In this document: positions 48,860 through 57,317 of the stretch, one piece after another | Layout: each line of letters begins with the position of its first letter | How positions within the stretch are numbered: position 1 is the stretch's first letter | Source of the DNA: Deltaproteobacteria bacterium | GTDB taxonomy: Bacteria; Desulfobacterota; Syntrophia; Syntrophales; UBA2210 | Direction of reading: 5' to 3' | NCBI GenBank assembly: GCA_019313905.1 | Contig: JAFDAI010000006.1 | Location: 9,264-73,263 of the forward strand | Length of the DNA stretch: 64,000 bases | Position numbers and translations under genes: made by a program | The notes under the pieces: model-generated | Database searches by the model: none | What the model was told of the DNA's origin: nothing | The model's input: only the letters and a program-made list of their open reading frames with translations

Positions 48860-50059
48860 GTGGATTACAAGCTTACCGATAATCAGAGAATGTACATAGA
48901 GACGGTCCAGAAGTTTGTTAAGAACGAAATTACACCAACCGTTATGGAACGTGAAGCAACCCATGAATTCCCCTTCGATATAATTAAAAAGGCATGGGAA
49001 GTTGGCGTATTGAATCTTTCTATTCCCGAATCAGTGAAGGGATATGAAGTGGACGATATTTCCGCGGCTTTAATTATCCGGGAACTGTCCTACGGTGATA
49101 CGGGTATTTCTACGTCAGCCATGTGTAATGACCTGGCGAACGTTGTAATAGCACAGCATGGAACAAAGGAGCAAAAAAAAGCTTTTCTGCTTCCCTTTGT
49201 AGAAGCTCCCCTCATTTCATCTTTCTGTCTGACTGAACCGGGTGCAGGTTCTGATAACCTGGCCATGACTGCATTTATTAGAAAAAGAGATGATGGAAAG
49301 TATATTCTGAACGGAGAAAAATCTTTCATTACCAATGCTTCATACGCCTCTCAGTTTACCGTGTTCTGCAAGGTTGGGAAACCGGGTAGCCTTCTAATGG
49401 CCTGTGTTGTTATCCCATACGATTCGATTCGTAATGGAGAAGTGGTCACTCAGCCTTCCGGTGTAAGAGAGATTACCCTGTCCACAGGAGGTACGGTAAT
49501 AACAGGAAAACCGGAAGATAAACTTGGACAGTGCCTCTCGAATACGGCAACGGTCAAGTTTGAGGATGTTGTTATCGAAGATAATCAGATTATCGGCAAC
49601 AGGAGGCTCGGCTTTCGGTATATAATTGAAGTTCTCGATTATGCGCGGCCCATGATTGCGGCCATCGGAGTCGGTCTTGCCAGGAGAGCACTGGATCTGA
49701 CACTGGAATATACGAAGGAACGCAAACAGTTCGGGCAGAGGATCTGCGATATACCCGTAGCGAGAGACATGCTGGTCAACATGTGGAAAAAAGTAGAACT
49801 GGCCGACATGGCCCTGATGAAGGCCGCATTCAAGGTCTTGGAACAGGACGAAGACAGGGGGATGTATGCTTCCCTGGCAAAAAATGTTGCAGCGGAAGCG
49901 GCCCTTTACTGCTCCAAAGAGGGGTTACACCTTCACGGTGGTTACGGTTTCATGTCGGAATATGAGATATCGAAACTGGCGCGGGATGCCCATATCATCG
50001 ATATTTATGAAGGTGTGAGGGAAATTCAGGATATGATTATAGGAAGGGAGTTGGTGTAA
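48860..50059 (+). CDS. acyl-CoA (or acyl-ACP) dehydrogenase family flavoprotein
   Basis: 399 aa. CLTEPGAGSD and C-terminal YEGVREIQ (catalytic Glu region). GTG start after AAGGAG. Confidence 0.8.
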   Translation: MDYKLTDNQRMYIETVQKFVKNEITPTVMEREATHEFPFDIIKKAWEVGVLNLSIPESVKGYEVDDISAALIIRELSYGDTGISTSAMCNDLANVVIAQHGTKEQKKAFLLPFVEAPLISSFCLTEPGAGSDNLAMTAFIRKRDDGKYILNGEKSFITNASYASQFTVFCKVGKPGSLLMACVVIPYDSIRNGEVVTQPSGVREITLSTGGTVITGKPEDKLGQCLSNTATVKFEDVVIEDNQIIGNRRLGFRYIIEVLDYARPMIAAIGVGLARRALDLTLEYTKERKQFGQRICDIPVARDMLVNMWKKVELADMALMKAAFKVLEQDEDRGMYASLAKNVAAEAALYCSKEGLHLHGGYGFMSEYEISKLARDAHIIDIYEGVREIQDMIIGRELV

Positions 50060-50061
50060 CT

Positions 50062-51048
50062 ATGTTATATCTTCATGGATTAGGTCATTTCCACCCGGAA
50101 AATGTTATTACAAACCGATTTCTGAGTGAACTGGAAATAGGAAGCAATGAGGAATGGATCATGGAGCGCGTGGGCGTTCGTACCCGCCGCACTAGCCTTT
50201 CTCTGGATTACATAAAAACGACAAAAAATGAAGACCCTCGAGCGGCTTCCGAGGCAAGTATGTACACTAACGCGCAGATGGGGGCTTTTGCAGCGCGCGT
50301 GGCGCTGGAGAGGGCCGGGTTGAAGCCTGAAGATATAGGCATGGTAATATCCGGGAGTTCGACACCGGATCATGTGACACCGGCCGAGGCCGCAACCGTG
50401 GCGGCAGAGCTTGGGGTGGATGTTCTCTGTTTTGATCTTAATTCCGCGTGTTCAACCTTTGGAATGCAGCTCAAATTTCTGTCCGACATGAAACCGGACG
50501 CGCTTCCGGCTTACGTCCTGGTTGTCAATCCGGAGAGTTTTACCCGCTCGGTTGACTATTCTGACAGGAAGGTGGCCCCGTTATTTGGTGATGGAAGCAG
50601 TGCCGCGGTTGTGTCCGCTTCCGTTCCTTCAAAAATGGTATTTGAGGCGTTCTTTTGTGATTCAAATCCCCTGTCGTGGGACAAGGTGCGTATTCCCCAC
50701 ATGGCCCACTTCGGACAGAACGGAAGAGCCGTTCAGGGTTTTGCTATACGTAAGACCACTGAATCGCTCAGGAAATTGCAGGAAATTTACCCTATAAACT
50801 CCGGCAGATTCAAGTTTGTAGGACATCAGGCAAACTATGGAATGCTGAAGACTGTATGTGAAAGATGCGGCTTAGCTGAAGACGATCACTGGCATAATGT
50901 TGTAAATTACGGCAATACGGGAGGCTCGAGTGCTCCCTGTGTCCTGAGTCAGCATTGGGACAGATTCCGTCCAGGAAACCACATAGCATTAGTTATGGTT
51001 GGCTCGGGGCTTACCTGGGGTCGCACGATGCTGAAGATTCAGGAATAA
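50062..51048 (+). CDS. KAS III (FabH-like) 3-oxoacyl-ACP synthase
   Basis: Cys-His-Asn triad contexts NSACSTFG, VGHQANYG and NYGNTGGSS. Confidence 0.8.
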   Translation: MLYLHGLGHFHPENVITNRFLSELEIGSNEEWIMERVGVRTRRTSLSLDYIKTTKNEDPRAASEASMYTNAQMGAFAARVALERAGLKPEDIGMVISGSSTPDHVTPAEAATVAAELGVDVLCFDLNSACSTFGMQLKFLSDMKPDALPAYVLVVNPESFTRSVDYSDRKVAPLFGDGSSAAVVSASVPSKMVFEAFFCDSNPLSWDKVRIPHMAHFGQNGRAVQGFAIRKTTESLRKLQEIYPINSGRFKFVGHQANYGMLKTVCERCGLAEDDHWHNVVNYGNTGGSSAPCVLSQHWDRFRPGNHIALVMVGSGLTWGRTMLKIQE

Positions 51049-51089
51049 AGGCTTCGAGCTTCAAGTTAGAAACCGGATATGGAAAAATA

Positions 51090-51686
51090 GTGAAATACTC
51101 TGAATTTATAAAAAAAGAAAGTTTTGAACTGGACGACCTGATTGCCTTTGCTTACGGACGACTGGTTGCTGATCCGCCTGAGGATTTCGATGCACGACTA
51201 CCCGCCCCCCCCTTCCTTATGGCGGATCGCATCCTTTCGATAAAGAATGACGGAAGGAAGGGATCTATTATTGCCGAGCAGGATATAAGGATAGACGCTT
51301 GGTATTTTCAGTGCCATATGCCGGGAGATCCTGTGCAGCCGGGTTGTCTTTGCGTGGATGCGATCTGGCAATTGCTCGGTTTTTACTGTAGCTGGAGTGG
51401 AGGATTGGGTGGCGGCAGAGCGCTCGGTTGCGAAGAAATCGTCTTCAACGGACAGATACGGCCATATAATCAAAAGGTTCGTTATGAAATTGACGTAAGG
51501 CGTTTTTCTCATCTTAAAGCTTCAGGTTCAAGTATTGTCATCGGAAATGGCAGAGTATTCGTGGATGACGAATTGATAATGACTATTAAAAATGCCCGCA
51601 CTGGAATCTTCAAGGGAATTGTCTATCCGGATTATCCGAAAATGTCACCCAATTCCAGGGGAGGAATTATAAAGAGAGATATATGA
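51090..51686 (+). CDS. fabA: FabA-type 3-hydroxyacyl-ACP dehydratase/isomerase
   Basis: LPAPPFLMADRI...WYFQCHMPGDPVQPGCLCVDAIWQLLGF...GRALG matches the FabA core (CHFxGDPVMPGCL). GTG start is the first plausible start after the fabH-like stop. Confidence 0.75.
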   Translation: MKYSEFIKKESFELDDLIAFAYGRLVADPPEDFDARLPAPPFLMADRILSIKNDGRKGSIIAEQDIRIDAWYFQCHMPGDPVQPGCLCVDAIWQLLGFYCSWSGGLGGGRALGCEEIVFNGQIRPYNQKVRYEIDVRRFSHLKASGSSIVIGNGRVFVDDELIMTIKNARTGIFKGIVYPDYPKMSPNSRGGIIKRDI

Positions 51687-52441
51687 ATAGGTCAAAATTA
51701 GAAATTAAAGATTCAGAATTGAAACCCGTTGCAATTGTAACCGGCGGCGGAACCGGAATAGGCGCGGCCTGTTGCCTGGCCCTTGCCGACGAAGGTTTCA
51801 GGGTGGGTATTCATTATCGGAAAAGTGAAGATCAGGCAAAGGACGTTCTCTCTCGAATAGACGATGGATTTCTTCTGAAAGCCGATCTTGCCGATGTGGA
51901 TGAAGTGGAAGAAATGTCAAAATCCATCAAGAGCGCGGCTGGTCGTGTGGACGTATTGGTCAACAATGCCGGGATATCTATTAACAGTGATATCAACACG
52001 ATGAAGGTCGGCGAGTTTGACGCACAGCGGGCGATGCTTCGCGGCACCTGGTATCTGACCAAGCGGATATTGCGCCTTTTCATGCTGCGCGGCGGCAGTG
52101 GAAGAATTATCAATATCTCCAGTGTAGTAGGGCATACCGGTAATGGCGGCCAGATTCCATACACTATGGAAAAAGCAGCACTTGATGCCTTTACCAAATC
52201 TCTGGCCAAAGAATTATGGGGACGAAATATTCTCATCAATTCCGTGGCGCCCGGGTTTATCGATACGTCCATGACGGAAATTCTTCCTGATGACGTTCGG
52301 AACAAGATTCTTGAGAACATTCCCCTGGGGCGGATGGGCCAGCCTGAAGAAGTGGCCGATGTCGTGACCTTTCTTGCCAGCCGGGGCAGCTATATTACCG
52401 GAACGGTTATTCATGTTAACGGGGGGCTGTATGGGGGTTGA
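51683..52441 (+). CDS. fabG: 3-oxoacyl-ACP reductase (SDR)
   Basis: TGGGTGIGAA, NNAG, and Y-x3-K (YTMEK). 4-nt overlap with fabA. Confidence 0.85.
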   Translation: MNRSKLEIKDSELKPVAIVTGGGTGIGAACCLALADEGFRVGIHYRKSEDQAKDVLSRIDDGFLLKADLADVDEVEEMSKSIKSAAGRVDVLVNNAGISINSDINTMKVGEFDAQRAMLRGTWYLTKRILRLFMLRGGSGRIINISSVVGHTGNGGQIPYTMEKAALDAFTKSLAKELWGRNILINSVAPGFIDTSMTEILPDDVRNKILENIPLGRMGQPEEVADVVTFLASRGSYITGTVIHVNGGLYGG

Positions 52442-52910
52442 TGCAAACATGGTGCAAAACGTACTTTCTCTGGTTCCTCAACAGCATCCGTTCCGTTTTA
52501 TTGATGACATACTGGAGATGGATGAGGATCATATCGTTGGAACATACCGCTTCCGGGACGACGAATACTTCTATAAGGGACATTTTCCCGGACAGCCGGT
52601 CACGCCCGGGGTTATTTTGATTGAAACGATGGCTCAAACCGGCGTTGTTGCCTTTGGCATATATCTGCTCATGCGGCAGGGTTTATTGTCCGGGCAGATT
52701 AAACAACTGGTTACCCTGTTTGCCATGGTTGATGGTTGTGAGTTCAACGGCATCGTCAATCCGGGAGAAAAGGTTATCATTAGAGGCGAAAAAGTCTATC
52801 TTCGCAGAGGAAACCTGAAAACGAAGGTCAGTATAGAAAGAGAAAACGGAGACATTGTCTGTTACGGAGTGCTTACCGGTAAAGGAGTTGAACTTAATGA
52901 AGAAAAATAG
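52431..52910 (+). CDS. FabZ-like hotdog 3-hydroxyacyl-ACP dehydratase
   Basis: PQQHPFRFIDDI...YFYKGHFPGQPVTPGVILIETMAQ is the FabZ His/Glu motif context. Start at 52431 or 52449. Confidence 0.75.
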   Translation: MGVDANMVQNVLSLVPQQHPFRFIDDILEMDEDHIVGTYRFRDDEYFYKGHFPGQPVTPGVILIETMAQTGVVAFGIYLLMRQGLLSGQIKQLVTLFAMVDGCEFNGIVNPGEKVIIRGEKVYLRRGNLKTKVSIERENGDIVCYGVLTGKGVELNEEK

Positions 52911-54174
52911 AGTAGTTATAACAGGAATGGGCGTTGTAGCGCCGAATGGACACGGGTTGAACGATTTCGAACAGGCCCTGCGCGATGGGCGGTCGGGAAT
53001 TAGTTTTTTCCCCAGACTGAAAGAACTCAAATTTGGATGCCAGATCGGGGGGATGCCGCATGGCTTTGACGAAGTTCGCAAGAGCTATTTCGATCATGAA
53101 AAGCTTCTCTCTCTGAACGATAATATCGGATATATATCCGTATCTGCTGTTGACGCCTGGCGTGACGCGGGATTTGACTGGTCCGACGATAACCATGAGG
53201 TAGACTGGGACACAGGCGCCATTCTCGGTTGCGGTATCGGCGGCATGGATACGATTGCCGAGAGGGTTGTTCCCATGGTTAACCAGGGCAAGACAAGACG
53301 CATGGGGAGCAGGATTGTTGAACAGGTCATGAACAGTGGTACGAGTGCCCGCGTAGGCGGTTTGTTGGGGTTGGGCAACCAGGTAACCTCCAACTCCGCT
53401 GCCTGCAGTACCGGAACAGAAGCAATTGTTAATGCGATGTTAAGAGTGCAATCGGGACTGGCAAAACGGATGCTGGCAGGTGGATCTGAAGGAGCATCGC
53501 CCTACATATGGGCGGGATTCGATTCAATGCGTGTCATTCCCCGCAAGTTCAATGACAATCCGGAGCAGGGTTCCCGTCCGATGAGCGCTTCCGCAAACGG
53601 ATTTGTTCCCGGTGCGGGAGGGGCAGTCCTGGTCCTTGAAGATCTGGAAACAGCGCTTGAACGGGGGGCTATGATTTACGCGGAAATCCTCGGAGGAAAC
53701 GTCAATAGCGGCGGGCAGAGGAACGGTGGTTCCATGACAGCGCCAAACCCTGAAGGCGTTCAGCGCTGTATCAGAAGTGCCATGGCTGATGCGGGTGTTA
53801 CCTCGCGTGAAATAGATGCCATTAATGGACACCTGACGGCGACATTTGCGGATCCGTCTGAAGTAAACAACTGGTCACTGGCTCTCGACAGGGGGCCCGG
53901 GGATTTTCCGTACATAAACTCGACAAAATCAATGATCGGTCACTGTCTCGGTGCGGCGGGAGCCATCGAAGCTGTTGCCGTTGCCCTTCAGCTATATAAA
54001 GGATTTATGCACCCGTCTGTCAATTGTGAAGATGTACATCCGGAGATTGAAGCGTTCGCGGAAAACATTCCTCATGAAGTTATGGAGTACCCGGAATTAA
54101 AAATCATGGCGAAGGCATCTTTCGGTTTTGGAGACGTGAACAGTTGCCTTATTTTCAAAAAGTGGGAAACATAA
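52897..54174 (+). CDS. elongating beta-ketoacyl-ACP synthase (KAS I/II type)
   Basis: RVVITGMGVVAPNG start, active-site Cys in NSAACSTG, His residues in INGHLTAT and KSMIGHCLGAAG. AAAGGAG RBS. Confidence 0.85.
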   Translation: MKKNRVVITGMGVVAPNGHGLNDFEQALRDGRSGISFFPRLKELKFGCQIGGMPHGFDEVRKSYFDHEKLLSLNDNIGYISVSAVDAWRDAGFDWSDDNHEVDWDTGAILGCGIGGMDTIAERVVPMVNQGKTRRMGSRIVEQVMNSGTSARVGGLLGLGNQVTSNSAACSTGTEAIVNAMLRVQSGLAKRMLAGGSEGASPYIWAGFDSMRVIPRKFNDNPEQGSRPMSASANGFVPGAGGAVLVLEDLETALERGAMIYAEILGGNVNSGGQRNGGSMTAPNPEGVQRCIRSAMADAGVTSREIDAINGHLTATFADPSEVNNWSLALDRGPGDFPYINSTKSMIGHCLGAAGAIEAVAVALQLYKGFMHPSVNCEDVHPEIEAFAENIPHEVMEYPELKIMAKASFGFGDVNSCLIFKKWET

Positions 54175-54227
54175 ATTCAATTTTGAGTTTCAAGTTAAAA
54201 GACATAAAAATTACAAGGAGAGAAATA

Positions 54228-54476
54228 ATGGAAGAAAAAGAAATTTTGCAAGAGATGGTAAATATCCTCAAACCGTACATTAAGGACCCGGCTTTGCTGG
54301 ATAATGCGACAAAAGAGACACATATCCTCGATGACCTCAAGGTCAATTCAGCGCGCCTTGTGGATATCATTATCAAATGTGAAGATGTATTTGACATTGA
54401 AATCGACGATGACGATGCCGACAAGATCAGAACCATCGGAGACGCTGTTGAAATTATTCAGAATAAATTAAGTTAG
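54228..54476 (+). CDS. dedicated acyl carrier protein
   Basis: 82-aa acidic four-helix-type protein. Putative phosphopantetheine Ser in DDLKVNSARLVD (non-canonical versus DSL). AAGGAG RBS. Confidence 0.7.
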   Translation: MEEKEILQEMVNILKPYIKDPALLDNATKETHILDDLKVNSARLVDIIIKCEDVFDIEIDDDDADKIRTIGDAVEIIQNKLS

Positions 54477-54506
54477 TCTTCAGATGGATATGAATCAGGG
54501 TAATTT

Positions 54507-55325
54507 ATGATGAAACGGACGGCAAAATTTTTCCTGTACCTGCAGCTTCTTATTGGGCGCCTGGGGGTTTTCCTTTTAGGCCCCCTTATATTTATCGCGA
54601 TAAAGCTTATAGGGTACAGGGTGAGAGATCTGAGAAAAATAAGAGGGAATGTCCTGAACCTGTTTGAAAAACACAATGGTCCCTGGGTGATATGTCCAAA
54701 TCACCTGACCATGATAGATTCAGCAGTGCTGGCCTATGCCATGGCGCCGCTGCATCGCTATATGCTTAATTACAGGTTACTTCCCTGGAATCTTCCGGAA
54801 AGAGCGAATTTCCAGAGCAATATTTTTCTGGCTGTTCTCTGTTATTTGGCGAAGTGCCTACCGATCAGCCGCGGTGGAAATCGAAAAAAAATGAAAGCCA
54901 CCATGGACAAATGCGCCTATCTCTTGAATCAGAAAGAAAGCCTGCTCATTTTTCCGGAAGGGGGACGTAGCCGGACAAGCCGTGTGGATACGGAAAACTT
55001 TTCCTATGGAGTCGGGCGTTTGATAAACAACAACCCTGATTGCAATGTCATGTGTATCTATCTGCGCGGTGATGGACAGGATAAATACAGCAATATTCCC
55101 CGTTTTGGTGAACGGTTCACTATGCGCATAGAAGCATTTCAACCTCGTACGGAAAGTACAGGATTGAAAGGACAGAGAGAATGCGCGAAGCAAATCGTAG
55201 AACAACTGGCCCAGATGGAGAAAGATTATTTTGGTAGGCAACGATATTGTAGATCTGACCGATTCCCGGACAAAAGGGAAAAGCCGGGATATGCGGTTCA
55301 TGAACAGAGTGTTCACACCGGCTGA
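54507..55325 (+). CDS. lysophospholipid/glycerol-phosphate acyltransferase (PlsC/LPLAT family)
   Basis: HX4D motif NHLTMID and FPEGGRS motif. The 3' end overlaps the next gene by 95 nt. Confidence 0.75.
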   Translation: MMKRTAKFFLYLQLLIGRLGVFLLGPLIFIAIKLIGYRVRDLRKIRGNVLNLFEKHNGPWVICPNHLTMIDSAVLAYAMAPLHRYMLNYRLLPWNLPERANFQSNIFLAVLCYLAKCLPISRGGNRKKMKATMDKCAYLLNQKESLLIFPEGGRSRTSRVDTENFSYGVGRLINNNPDCNVMCIYLRGDGQDKYSNIPRFGERFTMRIEAFQPRTESTGLKGQRECAKQIVEQLAQMEKDYFGRQRYCRSDRFPDKREKPGYAVHEQSVHTG

Positions 55326-55866
55326 ACAACTGGATATCCTGGAAAGCAGCAAACCGGATATTGTTCTCTGGAGCCTGTGGGCGGCAAAAGAAACGGGGTA
55401 CAAGGCAATAAGCAAGCTGCATCCCACCGTTTCTTCCGCACCCGGGTATTATGAAGTAAAATTGTTCTCAGCAGACGGGTCTTTGCCTGAAACGGGGGTT
55501 GTCTATACGCCTTGCGGACAGGTATCAGTCTGTTTTTTCATAAGCAGTGACCATATTCATTGTATCGGCACAACTCCGGATAGAGATACGGATTCGATCA
55601 TGTGGGATGTCCGTAAGATATACCGGCGCCGGTTTTCCCCCGATTATGAATCGGATCTTGTCCGGAATATGGCCGGGGAAAAGATAGCGCGCTATCTGAA
55701 AAAAGATTCGAAAGCCATAGAGATCATTCGTCCAAAGGGGCATCGCGGTCTCGGCCCCCCGGTAATCTATGCCGGAAAGAAAAGAACCGCAATCGACATC
55801 AGCATGAGCCACGACGGCCGGTTTGTGGCCTATGCGCTTCAGGACACAAACAATACTATTCATTAA
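55231..55866 (+). CDS. 4'-phosphopantetheinyl transferase
   Basis: GNDIVDL start and WAAKETGYKA (W..KEA..K) motif. TTG start preceded by GGAGAAAG. Confidence 0.6.
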   Translation: MVGNDIVDLTDSRTKGKSRDMRFMNRVFTPAEQLDILESSKPDIVLWSLWAAKETGYKAISKLHPTVSSAPGYYEVKLFSADGSLPETGVVYTPCGQVSVCFFISSDHIHCIGTTPDRDTDSIMWDVRKIYRRRFSPDYESDLVRNMAGEKIARYLKKDSKAIEIIRPKGHRGLGPPVIYAGKKRTAIDISMSHDGRFVAYALQDTNNTIH

Positions 55867-56056
55867 TAAAATCAATTAGTACCCATCTATCACATAGAAA
55901 ACGGGTGCCTTTATTTGAAATAAAAGAAAAGGTTTTTCGGAGAAAAGCAATTTCTTCCTGTCCTCCATAAACTCTTTCAATTATCCGGGCGTGATGATTT
56001 TTGCACTTAAGCAAAATTTGTTGTGTATTTATTTGCTTTATGGTAAATAAGCTCAC

Positions 56057-57223
56057 ATGATAATATCACGGTATCTAACAGAACCGATCCATCAGGATCT
56101 CAAAGAAAAGATGGTTTTCATTTCCGGGCCTCGGCAGGTAGGTAAAACAACTCTAGCGAAGACCTTTCTGGAAAAGAAAGAGTATCAGTATTATAACTGG
56201 GATAACCGGGCGGATCGAAAGAAGATATTAGCTGCACAGTGGCCGGCGGTTGAAAGCGTCATAGTATTTGATGAGCTTCATAAATATAAAAACTGGAAGG
56301 GCTGGATCAAGGGCGAATATGATTCTCATGGCGACCGAATCCAGTTTATCATAACAGGTAGCGCCCGATTGGATATTTACCGCAAGGGTGGAGATTCACT
56401 ACAGGGACGTTATCATGCTCATCGTTTACACGGTTTTTCAGTTGGTGAACTGCAAAAAACGAAGGCAACCCTTGTCCCCGGAAAAGAGATTGAGTTTCCC
56501 GAAAAGATTGAACAGGATCTGTTGCCTGCATTATTCCAGTTCGGTTCCTTTCCCGAGCCCTTCCTGAAGCAAAATAAGCGCGGTTTGAGAAGATGGCAGC
56601 GAGAACGCCTGGATCGTTTTTTCAGAGAAGATGTTCGTGATCTTGAAAACGTTCGGGATCTCTCGTCAATGGAACTCCTGGCGTCCATGCTCGAAGATCG
56701 TATAGGCAGTCTTCTTTCCCTCCAGTCATTGCGGGAAGATCTTGAAGTCAGCCATCGGGCGGTATCTCACTGGATGGCCATACTTGAACATTTGTATCAC
56801 TGTTTTAGTGTGACACCATTTACTCACAAATCCATACGATCGCTTAAAAAAGCTGCAAAGGTATATTTGTGGGACTGGTCTGTGGTGCCGGATAAGGGGG
56901 CCCGCTTTGAAAATCTCGTGGCATGTCACCTGTTAAAAATGAAACACGCCCTTGAAGATCAGGAGGGCTACAGAATTGGCCTTCACTACCTGAGAGATGC
57001 CGGAAAAAGAGAGGTTGATTTCCTGGTTACCGTTGAGAACAAGCCCTGGTTTGCCGTAGAATGCAAGACAGCAAGCCGGACGCCGAACCCCGCGCTCAAC
57101 TACTATGGCGAAAGACTGAAAATCCCCTACCTGTATCAGATAACACTTGAAGAGGGCGATGATACATTTAACGGCAGAGTCAGAGTGATGCCGGCCGGCA
57201 AGTTCCTGGGAGCGCTTCCATGA
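56057..57223 (+). CDS. AAA+ ATPase with DUF4143 (PD-(D/E)xK-like) C-terminal domain
   Basis: Walker A GPRQVGKTT, Walker B VIVFDELH, and C-terminal ..REVDFLV...AVECK nuclease-fold-like motif. Confidence 0.75.
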   Translation: MIISRYLTEPIHQDLKEKMVFISGPRQVGKTTLAKTFLEKKEYQYYNWDNRADRKKILAAQWPAVESVIVFDELHKYKNWKGWIKGEYDSHGDRIQFIITGSARLDIYRKGGDSLQGRYHAHRLHGFSVGELQKTKATLVPGKEIEFPEKIEQDLLPALFQFGSFPEPFLKQNKRGLRRWQRERLDRFFREDVRDLENVRDLSSMELLASMLEDRIGSLLSLQSLREDLEVSHRAVSHWMAILEHLYHCFSVTPFTHKSIRSLKKAAKVYLWDWSVVPDKGARFENLVACHLLKMKHALEDQEGYRIGLHYLRDAGKREVDFLVTVENKPWFAVECKTASRTPNPALNYYGERLKIPYLYQITLEEGDDTFNGRVRVMPAGKFLGALP

Positions 57224-57317
57224 TAAAACAAAACTCCAAGTCACCTGACACGCGCTCCAATCCTGCTCTGACAATTGTTTAGAATAATCAAGCATAAAGA
57301 ATCAAGAGGGACATAGT

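Noticed and set aside
50955-51089. N-terminal extension of the fabA ORF (243-aa version) overlapping the KAS III gene
   Set aside because: It is simply an open frame through the 3' end of the fabH-like gene. FabA homology begins near KYSEFIKKESF, and the first usable start after the fabH stop is the GTG at 51090.
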